Notes under the pieces: model-generated | Database searches by the model: none | Told to the model about the DNA's origin: nothing | Seen by the model: the letters and a program-made list of their open reading frames with translations, nothing else | Position numbers and translations under genes: made by a program | Part shown: positions 51,176-59,685 of the stretch, piece after piece | Layout of the letters: each line of letters begins with the position of its first letter | How positions within the stretch are numbered: the stretch's first letter is position 1 | Source of the DNA: a virus | Length of the DNA: 64,000 bases | Strand: one strand, 5' to 3' | IMG/VR virus record: IMGVR_UViG_3300044634_002329 | Location: 55,986 to 119,985 of that record

Positions 51176-51570
51176 TCTTTTAATTTAATACTTATATCAA
51201 ATTTTTCTGCCGGATACCCTAACTGGTCAAGAAAACCAATCATATCCCCTACAAAGTTTTCAAAATACAACTCTAATGATTCTTTACTAGCTTTTTTTTC
51301 TGTCATAATAGACAAACATTTACCACTGGACATTGCAGTTTTATCTACAAAATGTTCTGATATCTTTTTCCAAGACTTAGGAGCTTCTTTCTCCCATATT
51401 GTATGATCTTTCTTACCATACTTGTATAATACAATCAATTCTCCAAAATAGTCTTTTAAATCAGAATTCTCTAATACTTGAAATGCAACTGTTGCATTTT
51501 CTACATCAGTTGAAGAAATCATATTCAAAAGATTCTTTGTCTCTTCTTTGTTTAATTTAACCTTTGCCAT
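51172..51570 (-). CDS. Hypothetical protein
   Basis: 132 aa; shares the 'NM..S.D.EN' motif with two other ORFs in the window. Confidence 0.6.
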   Translation of the reverse strand: MAKVKLNKEETKNLLNMISSTDVENATVAFQVLENSDLKDYFGELIVLYKYGKKDHTIWEKEAPKSWKKISEHFVDKTAMSSGKCLSIMTEKKASKESLELYFENFVGDMIGFLDQLGYPAEKFDISIKLKE

Positions 51571-51920
51571 TACATTTCAACTTTTAGATTTTCTCCATCT
51601 AAATTCATTATTTCCATTAGAGCATCATTTAAGCTCATAATAGCTAATCCTTCAGGATTCATCATATCTTCATCTACATTATACTCTTTTTCTAAAATGT
51701 CAATAGCTTTAGTAATTAAAGCTTCTAATTCATTTTTCATGTTATTTAATCTACTCATTTTTTCTTCATTTTTACTAATTACTATTTTATATGCTGCATG
51801 AAAACCAGCTAAAAAACCTACATATAAATCAGGATGAGGAGCACCATAACTTTCTTCAAGCATGTACTTTTTAGCCATTTCTTCTCTTTCTCCATCAGGT
51901 AGATCTAAAACATTTTCCAT
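51570..51920 (-). CDS. Hypothetical protein (C-terminal half paralogous to 52204-52395)
   Basis: TAATG coupling; helical C-terminal half similar to the 63-aa neighbour. Confidence 0.6.
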   Translation of the reverse strand: MENVLDLPDGEREEMAKKYMLEESYGAPHPDLYVGFLAGFHAAYKIVISKNEEKMSRLNNMKNELEALITKAIDILEKEYNVDEDMMNPEGLAIMSLNDALMEIMNLDGENLKVEM

Positions 51921-52204
51921 TAACTTTCAATTTTAAATAAATTTAATCCTGAATAAAGATTTTTTAATAGTAGGATAATTGTGTCATGCATACTTCTTGT
52001 ATCTAAAGTTAAACAATCATTTCCATTTTCATCTTTAGTTACAAATGCTACACATATCTGATGACCGTTGTATTTATCTTCAGTAAGTATATCACCTTTT
52101 TCAAATTGTAAACCATTAGGTATTAGATATTTCCCAGTTACTTTTATATAACTACCTTCTTCTATTACAGAATCTACTGTAAATATGTTATTCATTTTTT
52201 CCAT
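51920..52204 (-). CDS. Hypothetical protein
   Basis: 94 aa, TGATG/TAATG coupled. Confidence 0.55.
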   Translation of the reverse strand: MEKMNNIFTVDSVIEEGSYIKVTGKYLIPNGLQFEKGDILTEDKYNGHQICVAFVTKDENGNDCLTLDTRSMHDTIILLLKNLYSGLNLFKIES

Positions 52205-52412
52205 CAGTCTTCAATTTTTAAGTATTCATCATCTAAACAATCTAATTCCATTAATGCACCATTTAAATCCATCATAGTCATGTATGCAGGATTATTAAAC
52301 TTAGCATTTTCCATATCATAATTAGCTTCTAACAGCTCTATAGCTTCATTAACTAAAGCTTCTACTTTTTCTTTAATTTGTTCTACTCTTTCCATCAGTC
52401 TTCAATTTTTAA
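52198..52412. repeat. 24-bp direct repeat flanking a small gene (TTTCCATCAGTCTTCAATTTTTAA at 52198-52221 and 52389-52412)
   Basis: Identical copies read from the sequence; they encode 'LKIED*ME' junctions on the minus strand. Confidence 0.8.
52204..52395 (-). CDS. Hypothetical protein
   Basis: 63 aa between the direct repeats. Confidence 0.6.
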   Translation of the reverse strand: MERVEQIKEKVEALVNEAIELLEANYDMENAKFNNPAYMTMMDLNGALMELDCLDDEYLKIED

Positions 52413-52742
52413 AGTTTTAATTGCCCATAACTCAGGCTTACCAGATGCAATCATATCTACCCATTCTTTTGCACTAGGGATATACCCGTTGCAATCTTCT
52501 TTTACATGTTGTTCAGCAACATATCTTGTATATACAGTTTTACCATCTGAGTTGACAAAAGACATTCCAAATATCTTTTCACATTCAAATATACCTTCAC
52601 TATGATGTCTAAACATTCTGTGTTTACTATGACCAATCCATTTTTTAGTTTCATCAAACCAATTATGTATTGCAATATAATCACTCCATTCTCCACCCCA
52701 TTTTTTTATTGAGGATTTACAGTGTTCTAAAGGATGGGCCAT
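52395..52742 (-). CDS. DUF6915-like protein
   Basis: 'MAHP..H..SS.KKWGG...DY..IH.WFDETK....HR.FRHHSEGIF..E..FG...EQHV.ED'. Confidence 0.7.
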   Translation of the reverse strand: MAHPLEHCKSSIKKWGGEWSDYIAIHNWFDETKKWIGHSKHRMFRHHSEGIFECEKIFGMSFVNSDGKTVYTRYVAEQHVKEDCNGYIPSAKEWVDMIASGKPELWAIKTLKIED

Positions 52743-53146
52743 TACTCTAAAGTTTTATCAATCAAATTACCATCATGCGTATACTCTTCATACTCTGTAA
52801 CTCTAATGTTATTATAAATACAATATTTACCGGACGGTACACAGATGCAAACATCTCCATTACCCCCTTCATTATTCCACCAATCTTCAATATCTTGTAG
52901 TAGTTTATCATTAACCCATTCATCAACAGAATCAGTAAGATTACTATTTAAATCTTCAAGTCTATCTTCTAAAGAAAATGCATCTACTTCATCTAAAACA
53001 TCAGATGGTTCATTTATTTCTCCAGTGGTATAATTTATGCTTTCAATTGCACCGCTGTCTCCTTCACCTTCATAGTGTACTCTGATACCAGTCACACCAA
53101 GGTCAGCCAACTGTAATAGAAGGCCTGTCATTTCTGTTTCTGTCAT
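52742..53146 (-). CDS. DUF6878-like acidic protein
   Basis: 'GV..I.V.YEG.GDSGAIE...DWWNNEGG.G'. Start more likely MTETEM (53146) than the longer track call. Confidence 0.6.
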   Translation of the reverse strand: MTETEMTGLLLQLADLGVTGIRVHYEGEGDSGAIESINYTTGEINEPSDVLDEVDAFSLEDRLEDLNSNLTDSVDEWVNDKLLQDIEDWWNNEGGNGDVCICVPSGKYCIYNNIRVTEYEEYTHDGNLIDKTLE

Positions 53147-53153
53147 AATTCTT

Positions 53154-53540
53154 CTAATTTGCATATTTCCATTCAAAACCACCTGATGTATTTCTGTCAT
53201 TCTTTAAACACCTATTAATATTTGGAGTATCTAAATTATTTTTTTTAGCTGCTATTGTAGCATTTTCGTAAGTACAAATAAAACTACCTTTATAGTATTT
53301 TGAGACAGGTAGCAAAGATGTTTTACCAGGTATATTTGTTATATCACCAATTCTTTTAATAATTTTAGCAAAATCTGAATACTTTCTAAACTGCATATTA
53401 ATTGTTTGTATGCAGTGACCTGTAATACAATTGTTAATACCTCCTTTAGGAGTTTTTAATTGTGATTCTAAATCTCTGACAGTCTCCACTTCAAACACTT
53501 CTAATAAATGACCTTCTAGGTCGTACATTGCTATTTTCAT
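53154..53540 (-). CDS. Tandem NUMOD1-like DNA-binding domain protein
   Basis: 'MYDLEG.LL..F' and 'Y.NA..AA......NI.RCL.....TSGGFEWKY'. Confidence 0.65.
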   Translation of the reverse strand: MKIAMYDLEGHLLEVFEVETVRDLESQLKTPKGGINNCITGHCIQTINMQFRKYSDFAKIIKRIGDITNIPGKTSLLPVSKYYKGSFICTYENATIAAKKNNLDTPNINRCLKNDRNTSGGFEWKYAN

Positions 53541-53542
53541 AA

Positions 53543-54424
53543 TTATTTTGTTTTGTTAATAATCTCCAAGTACTTATTGTACTTTCTTGTTATATACATA
53601 TTCGCTATAGGATTGTTATATATAGCTTTTAATAAAGGAAGATACATCTTACCAACAAAGTTTATTGAATATATCTCAATAGAAGACTTAACCTTGTAAG
53701 GTTTAACTTTAACAGTTTTGCCTAAAATAAATTCACAAAACTTTTTAAATGCATTAATAGTATTTTCTGTACCAACTAAAGATATTCCATAGGTTGTGTA
53801 CTTTCTTTCATACTTAAAAATACATCCATCTCCATCAAGCATACCTCTCCAAAAATGAGAATTGTACAAATAACAATCAGGAACTTGATAATCAAGTGTT
53901 TTATTTTTTATAATACCTCTTTCTTCAAAAAACTTTCTAAAAGAACTGTCAGAGATTGTTAATCTTACCTGATCCTTTTCATTATTCTTAGATCTTTTCA
54001 TTGTATACAAAGGTCCGGTATAATTAAAATAACTACTTACTTTTTCAAGTATCTCTTTATCTGTACTTTGTAAACCAATTGAAAGACCTGATTTTTCATT
54101 TGAACCATCTGCTGCATAAAGACCTGCTATATAAGCAGTTACTTCATTATCTACTAGTTTATCTACATTAACTATATACTTCTTATTTTTTACACCAGTA
54201 TATTTTACGGCTTCTTTTTGTAAACAACCACATGATTGTACTTTAGATTTATTCAAAGAGGAAAAATCTGTAGTTGTAATATTACCGCAGTCACATTGAC
54301 ACTTAATGTAATAAGCTCCCCATTTGTTTTTATGTGATAATTCTATTACTTGAAGTCTACCAATCTTAGGTAAAGCTATTAACATATCTTTGTATGTTCT
54401 ATAAGTTCCGGTTTGTGTTCTCAT
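53543..54424 (-). CDS. Free-standing LAGLIDADG homing endonuclease with N-terminal Cys-rich module
   Basis: AYIAGLYAADG and FWRGMLDGDG motifs; N-terminal CQCDCG...SCGC. Start probably MRTQ (54424), because the upstream TATATTTG looks like a promoter box. Confidence 0.8.
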   Translation of the reverse strand: MRTQTGTYRTYKDMLIALPKIGRLQVIELSHKNKWGAYYIKCQCDCGNITTTDFSSLNKSKVQSCGCLQKEAVKYTGVKNKKYIVNVDKLVDNEVTAYIAGLYAADGSNEKSGLSIGLQSTDKEILEKVSSYFNYTGPLYTMKRSKNNEKDQVRLTISDSSFRKFFEERGIIKNKTLDYQVPDCYLYNSHFWRGMLDGDGCIFKYERKYTTYGISLVGTENTINAFKKFCEFILGKTVKVKPYKVKSSIEIYSINFVGKMYLPLLKAIYNNPIANMYITRKYNKYLEIINKTK

Positions 54425-54466
54425 AGAACAAATATACAAATAATATACTACATTCCTAATATATTT

Positions 54467-54892
54467 TCATTTAGAATGGAAAAAGCGGCCAAGAATATTG
54501 GCATTCAAGTATTCATCTTTCTCAAGCACTTCATATTTAAACTGATGCTTTACTTCCTGATATGTTAATTCCATTTGAGAATAGCATATCATTAATATCT
54601 CTCTTTTGATAATAACTCCTGCTTTGTGAGCATCTTTAAGAGTTTTATTACTACTGTAGTAATTCATGTAATCAGGTTTAATAACCCGGCTGTATTTCTT
54701 GAGTCTTTTATCTGTACTCATAGCCAAAGCTTTTTTACCTAATGGTCTTTTGATATTGGCAAAGAAGTTTTTCTTACCAATGTAGGCTACTGACTTACCA
54801 TCTATAACAGCAGTCATAATGTAAATAAAACCTACACCACCTTCTGGAATCATAGAATCTGAAAACTGTTTACCTTTATGTATCCAACTCAT
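54467..54892 (-). CDS. GIY-YIG (Seg-like) endonuclease family protein
   Basis: 'GFIYIMT.......YIGKK', 'YYSS', 'REIL..C....LTY.E', 'YLN.NI'. Confidence 0.7.
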   Translation of the reverse strand: MSWIHKGKQFSDSMIPEGGVGFIYIMTAVIDGKSVAYIGKKNFFANIKRPLGKKALAMSTDKRLKKYSRVIKPDYMNYYSSNKTLKDAHKAGVIIKREILMICYSQMELTYQEVKHQFKYEVLEKDEYLNANILGRFFHSK

Positions 54893-55875
54893 AATGCTTG
54901 TTTTAATAATAGAAATAACATTTCTTTAGTTTTTTGTACACCGTGTATTTTAATAGAATCAGATAAATCTTTTTCCATTGATAATGTAATAAAATCAATA
55001 CCATATCTATCTTTATATCTTTGAGCAGCTTTTAATCCAGGATCATCATTGTCAAATAATACAATTATCTTTTTATATTTTGATTTAAGATCATTTATCA
55101 AATTTTCATTAATCATTGAGTTTTCACTATCCGGAGCTATGGATTCAATATTTCCAATATTTAGAATATTAAAGTCCATTAAATCTTTTAGTGAAGAAGT
55201 TATAATCAAATATTTTTTATCATAATTCAATTGTTCTATACCTTGTGTGTAATCATGTACTTTAATAAATTTCTTTTTTAAATTTTTTGGTTGATAAACT
55301 TTGTATAATGTACCATCTTCTTTAAAATAACCATACAAATAGTTTTTTGTAACAGTAAAGAAAGATTCAGAACCATCTAAATTTTCTTTAGTCATTGTAT
55401 AATACTCTAATGGGAATACATTGTATTTGTTTAACATTTTTGAATCAATCTGATAACTCATCCAATAAGCTTGGTCTAAATTATTCCAATGTCTAATAGT
55501 ATAATCTGTAACTTTATATCTATCATGATTAATAAATTCAGCAACAGTAACTTCTTGTTTACTAGAATAGATCTCAAAATCTTTATTAATCATATAAGAC
55601 GCTTCATACCTATCAGGTAATCCAAATAAATATTGTACCAATGAAATACCATCACCACCATACCCAGATGAAAAATCTTTAAACTTATATTTACTAGTGT
55701 TTCTATCAACATAAACATGCATTGAAGGAGTTTTTTCACTATTAAATACAGAATTCATTTTAAGATGTTGACCAAATAATTTTTCAGTCAACTTTAAATA
55801 ATATTCAAATATCCATTCACTAGGTATGTGTGTAATATTTACTATTAAATCATTTAATGATATCATTTCATACAT
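54889..55875 (-). CDS. DNA primase (DnaG/TOPRIM, crAss-type)
   Basis: 'EKTPS...KDFSSG.GGD', 'IITSSLKD', 'VLFDNDDPG', 'KDLSD'. Confidence 0.8.
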   Translation of the reverse strand: MYEMISLNDLIVNITHIPSEWIFEYYLKLTEKLFGQHLKMNSVFNSEKTPSMHVYVDRNTSKYKFKDFSSGYGGDGISLVQYLFGLPDRYEASYMINKDFEIYSSKQEVTVAEFINHDRYKVTDYTIRHWNNLDQAYWMSYQIDSKMLNKYNVFPLEYYTMTKENLDGSESFFTVTKNYLYGYFKEDGTLYKVYQPKNLKKKFIKVHDYTQGIEQLNYDKKYLIITSSLKDLMDFNILNIGNIESIAPDSENSMINENLINDLKSKYKKIIVLFDNDDPGLKAAQRYKDRYGIDFITLSMEKDLSDSIKIHGVQKTKEMLFLLLKQAL

Positions 55876-55883
55876 TATTAAAT

Positions 55884-55912
55884 AGAAAAAGGGGACCTGT
55901 CTGATCCCCTTT
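55884..55912 (-). terminator. Intrinsic terminator
   Basis: AAAGGGGA...TCCCCTTT stem; U-rich tail on the minus strand downstream of the SSB-like gene. Confidence 0.65.
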
Positions 55913-55931
55913 ATCCTTATACAATTATGTA

Positions 55932-56615
55932 TTAGTCTAAACTGAAATCAGACGAAGTAGCAGGAATAGTTAAACCATCTGGATTACCAAATTCTTCAAT
56001 ATTCTTTACTTCTAGCTTTTTCAAATGAACATTTTCATTATATGTAAGTACTTTTGCAGAATCTATAGATCCATATGCATATTTACCTCCATCAGCTTTT
56101 GCAAACCACATGTCATAATTAGTATAACCTGCATTGTTTACATATTCTTTACCAGCAACACATGTTTTAATAAACACATCTTGAAATGGTGCTGTTTTAT
56201 TAAATGCATTAACAAAATCTTCAATAGTATCATGCACATTATTTTGTTCATGAAACCATTCATTAATTCCTAATGCATTACAAAAGTTTTGCAAAAATAT
56301 CAAAATAGATTTATCTCTATTGACTTTTACACCACTTTTTGTTGTTCCATCAGCAAAAGCATACTGACTTGCTTTGACTTTTCCAACTTGTCCAAGATGA
56401 TAACCTGCATCTGGATTTTCTTTATCTAACATAAAACCTTGGAAATCAGCAATTGGTTCAGTTTCTACATTAATCATCAAGTGCTTTGCACCTTCAATAT
56501 ATGTAAACTCTTCCAAATAAATATTATTTATTTTTACTGTATGATTACCTGGAGCAATTGTTTTTGGTAATCCATTTCCATTCCCTGATGTTAAACCTTC
56601 TACACTTAAAGCCAT
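55932..56615 (-). CDS. Putative single-stranded DNA-binding protein
   Basis: Lies between the Sak4-like ATPase and primase; OB-like N-term 'PG.H.VKI' and acidic/aromatic tail 'SSDFSLD'. Confidence 0.5.
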   Translation of the reverse strand: MALSVEGLTSGNGNGLPKTIAPGNHTVKINNIYLEEFTYIEGAKHLMINVETEPIADFQGFMLDKENPDAGYHLGQVGKVKASQYAFADGTTKSGVKVNRDKSILIFLQNFCNALGINEWFHEQNNVHDTIEDFVNAFNKTAPFQDVFIKTCVAGKEYVNNAGYTNYDMWFAKADGGKYAYGSIDSAKVLTYNENVHLKKLEVKNIEEFGNPDGLTIPATSSDFSLD

Positions 56616-56634
56616 TTTATTTTATTTTTAATTG

Positions 56635-57360
56635 TTATACGTAAATTTTGTCCCAGTGAGTTTCTAACTTACCTTTTGCATTTAATTCTGCAAGGACTAT
56701 TTCTTCATTTTTTAAATGTGCAGGTCTTGCACCACAACTTACTTCATCAGAAGTTTTAAATGATAAAATTGTTTTATTACCTTTTCTAAATAGATAACCA
56801 ATTGCATCAGCATTTGCACAAATCAAAGACTTGATTTTACCTGTCAAATCAATGTTTGCTGCCATTACCATCTCACCTTTGTCATCGACTACTTTGTCTT
56901 TGATGTGTCCAGATAAAATAATATTAGGTGCCAATGTATCAATAAAATCTAATACTTGAAAGAAAGCTTGTCTTAAGTACAAATAACCAGCACCATTAGG
57001 TAAAGTTAGTACATTGTCTCCATCAAAGTTTTTACCCATAGGTGTACCTCTGTATAGTTTAAGAGCTAATGGACCAACCATTTCTTCTAATGCAGTTACT
57101 GTATCTACAGTTACATACTTGTAAGGACAACCTGCAGCTTTAATAGCTTTTCCTGTGTCAAGTAATTCTTGAAGATTGTTAATTTTAATTTTTAAAGCAC
57201 TGACAAAGTCACTACCATTTTCTAAATCCAAAATTAGATTATCTGCTAATTCAGAAAAAGCAGATGTTTTTCCTGCTTTTGGTTTTGAATAAATCAACAA
57301 TCTTTTTGGATTTGATTTTGCAACTTCAATCTTTTTAGTTGGAAGAATTATTTCACTCAT
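56635..57360 (-). CDS. Sak4-like AAA_24 ATPase (ssDNA annealing/recombination)
   Basis: 'LLIYSKPKAGKT', 'LDLENGS', 'VTVDTVT', 'ILSGH', 'ADAIGY'. Confidence 0.8.
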   Translation of the reverse strand: MSEIILPTKKIEVAKSNPKRLLIYSKPKAGKTSAFSELADNLILDLENGSDFVSALKIKINNLQELLDTGKAIKAAGCPYKYVTVDTVTALEEMVGPLALKLYRGTPMGKNFDGDNVLTLPNGAGYLYLRQAFFQVLDFIDTLAPNIILSGHIKDKVVDDKGEMVMAANIDLTGKIKSLICANADAIGYLFRKGNKTILSFKTSDEVSCGARPAHLKNEEIVLAELNAKGKLETHWDKIYV

Positions 57361-57890
57361 ACTGTTTTAATTAATTCATTTAACCATTTTTTATTACTTA
57401 CAGGTTTTTTCCACATGATAGCAGCAAAATCTCTTACAGACATTTGTGCTAATGCAGTATCTGTATCAGTATCTAAAAAACTTGATTCAAAATCCGGAAA
57501 TACTGAATTTACTACTTCTTTTTTAACAGGTTCTGGTTCAATAACCAACATTTCTGTTAAAGGAATTAGATACCTATTATCTCCTGATTTTGTAGGTTCT
57601 GTTAAATACTCTTCCTCATAAAAAGGATTGTACTTAATTTTGTACAATGTTCTTGACGGATCCTCTGAATTAAGCTCAAAGTCTACACACTCTGTATAGA
57701 TATCTACACCTTTTGATAATTCACTTTTAAAGAATCCCATAAATTTGCCTTCTTGACCCTTTACATAATGAGCACATTTTGGTACATAGAATGGATCTAC
57801 AATACCGGCAGCTCTAAATTTTGGTAATTGGCCGACAATTAATTCATCTGTTTTTTCTTTTCTGTTCACTTGTTTTAATCCTACTGACAT
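57357..57890 (-). CDS. Hypothetical protein
   Basis: 177 aa in the replication operon; C-term 'MSVRDFAAI.WKKPVS.K.WLN.LI'. Confidence 0.65.
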   Translation of the reverse strand: MSVGLKQVNRKEKTDELIVGQLPKFRAAGIVDPFYVPKCAHYVKGQEGKFMGFFKSELSKGVDIYTECVDFELNSEDPSRTLYKIKYNPFYEEEYLTEPTKSGDNRYLIPLTEMLVIEPEPVKKEVVNSVFPDFESSFLDTDTDTALAQMSVRDFAAIMWKKPVSNKKWLNELIKTV

Positions 57891-57896
57891 ATTTGA

Positions 57897-58904
57897 TTAT
57901 TTGGTTGTTAATTTTCTGTCTTGTGTAGCTGGAGTCATCATTTCTACAATTCTCATATTATGAAACTCAGCTTTAAAGAAACTTAGTCTTGTATCTCCAT
58001 TTCTACATTTAAGAAAGTGGAAAGCCAAGGTGTTTTCATCCTCAATGATATATCTATCTGGCCCGTAATATCTGATTTTTTGCTTGGCCGGCTTATTAAT
58101 GCCTACAACAGTATCTGCATGTTGTAATAATGCATCAGCCCCAAACAAATCAGATTCTAGTATATAATTTCCATACTTGCCATCTTCATTTCTTTCAGGA
58201 TTATCAATGTTTCTATTAAGCTGACTCAATAAAATAAAAGCTATAGGATATCTCCTTTTTAAATCAGTCAATGCTTCACCTAGATTATTTAACATTTCAT
58301 GTTTATCCTTCTCAAATGAGTCTTTCTTGAATAAATATGAATGATCTATAGTGATCAACATTTTCGTGTATTTTTTTACAGTATTTCCATCTTTATCTTT
58401 CTCATAATAACAATATTTTTCCATTTCATCTTCTACAGTTGCAATAAAGTCAGTTACTGTACATTGTTCATAAACAACATTGATTGGAAATTGTGTTACT
58501 TGAGCAGCATGTTGAAAACACTTATCCCAAATTACCGGATCTAGATTTTTATTACACAACTCTTTGTAGGATTTATTAACCACTCCTGAAAATTCTCGTA
58601 TGGAGCTGGTTTTACCTACCATTTCAAATTGAAATTTTAAAACTCTAAATGTTAATCCGGGATTTAATCTAAAGGCTTCTCTTACTATTTGTTCAACAAA
58701 TAATGTTTTACCTGTACCAGGTCTTGCACCTACTACAATAAGAGTTTGCCATTCTATTCCGTCTAATAATGCATCATCAAACTTTGGCCAAGGAGTTTTT
58801 AATGTTTGGACATTTCCATCCATAAACTCCTTCATGTATCTTAAAGCATCTTTAAATGCTTCAGTTTGGCTTTCTCTACGTATGGGAGTACCTTTTCTAG
58901 ACAT
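57897..58904 (-). CDS. dnaB: DnaB-like replicative helicase (C-terminal RecA-like domain only)
   Basis: GARPGTGKT, 'FEM', 'ITIDH', 'LSQLNR', 'SDL.....L.Q.ADTV', 'KCRNG'. Confidence 0.85.
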   Translation of the reverse strand: MSRKGTPIRRESQTEAFKDALRYMKEFMDGNVQTLKTPWPKFDDALLDGIEWQTLIVVGARPGTGKTLFVEQIVREAFRLNPGLTFRVLKFQFEMVGKTSSIREFSGVVNKSYKELCNKNLDPVIWDKCFQHAAQVTQFPINVVYEQCTVTDFIATVEDEMEKYCYYEKDKDGNTVKKYTKMLITIDHSYLFKKDSFEKDKHEMLNNLGEALTDLKRRYPIAFILLSQLNRNIDNPERNEDGKYGNYILESDLFGADALLQHADTVVGINKPAKQKIRYYGPDRYIIEDENTLAFHFLKCRNGDTRLSFFKAEFHNMRIVEMMTPATQDRKLTTK

Positions 58905-58907
58905 ACA

Positions 58908-59102
58908 TTAACTATTAAAAAATTCTATTTTAGACTCTTTTAACTTATTATACATATAATGAGCTATACTAATTACAACTTCAATTCCTAAATATTGATA
59001 TATTGAAACATCAATAACAAATCTTTTAAGAATAATGTAAGAAGCAAAACTACCAACAACAGCACATAATAATAACATGCTTTTTTTTTTATAATTCATC
59101 AT
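58908..59102 (-). CDS. Small membrane protein (two hydrophobic segments)
   Basis: 'MLLLCAVVGSFASYIIL' and 'IYQYLGIEVVISIAHYMY'. Confidence 0.55.
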   Translation of the reverse strand: MMNYKKKSMLLLCAVVGSFASYIILKRFVIDVSIYQYLGIEVVISIAHYMYNKLKESKIEFFNS

Positions 59103-59680
59103 ACAACTTTCTCACTAAAGTGTCTTACTTCATAGTCTGTTCCACTTTCTATCATTTCACAATAATTAGCTAAATCTGAGATTGCATCTGAGTTTTGTTT
59201 TCTTATAAAATACTGAGCTGTCCTCATATATTTATAACCTTCTCTTTGACGTTCTTGGACATAGTTATCTGTAGCTTTTAAGATTGTATCCCAGCTATAT
59301 TCATAATTTTCAAAAAACCATTTGAAATTTATCTCAAGATTTTTCTTGTTTCCTCTAGCATATTTTCCACTTGGCAGCTTAATACTAGGGAATAATTCTA
59401 AATAATTTGTAATCATATCACTGTAATCACTTCCCAATAAATCTTTTGTTGTTTTTTTCTTACTTTTTCTGAAATACGAGTCTATTTCTTGGATAAAGAT
59501 AATACTTTTACTTGTTAAAACCAAGTTTTCATCAAGCCAATTATCAATTTGTAACCTCTTAACTTCTATAGAGCTATTAACAAATGAATTGGGTTTTATC
59601 TTCTGACTCATTGAATGTAATACATAAAATGTATTAGGGCTAAGTTTATTAGCTATTAGTTTATTGAAAATTTCTTCCAT
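59099..59680 (-). CDS. Hypothetical protein, possible replication initiator/helicase loader
   Basis: Located upstream of DnaB; wHTH-like N-term and 'YLELFP..KLPSGK.AR' C-terminal domain. Confidence 0.45.
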   Translation of the reverse strand: MEEIFNKLIANKLSPNTFYVLHSMSQKIKPNSFVNSSIEVKRLQIDNWLDENLVLTSKSIIFIQEIDSYFRKSKKKTTKDLLGSDYSDMITNYLELFPSIKLPSGKYARGNKKNLEINFKWFFENYEYSWDTILKATDNYVQERQREGYKYMRTAQYFIRKQNSDAISDLANYCEMIESGTDYEVRHFSEKVV

Positions 59681-59685
59681 GATAT

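Noticed and set aside
52198-52412. 24-bp direct repeats as a CRISPR array or att sites
   Set aside because: Only two exact copies, 191 bp apart, spanning coding junctions; no cas or integrase gene in the window.
53154-54892. Group I intron or intein hosting the LAGLIDADG/GIY-YIG ORFs
   Set aside because: Flanking genes look complete, there is almost no non-coding space for a ribozyme core, and no intein splice motifs are visible.
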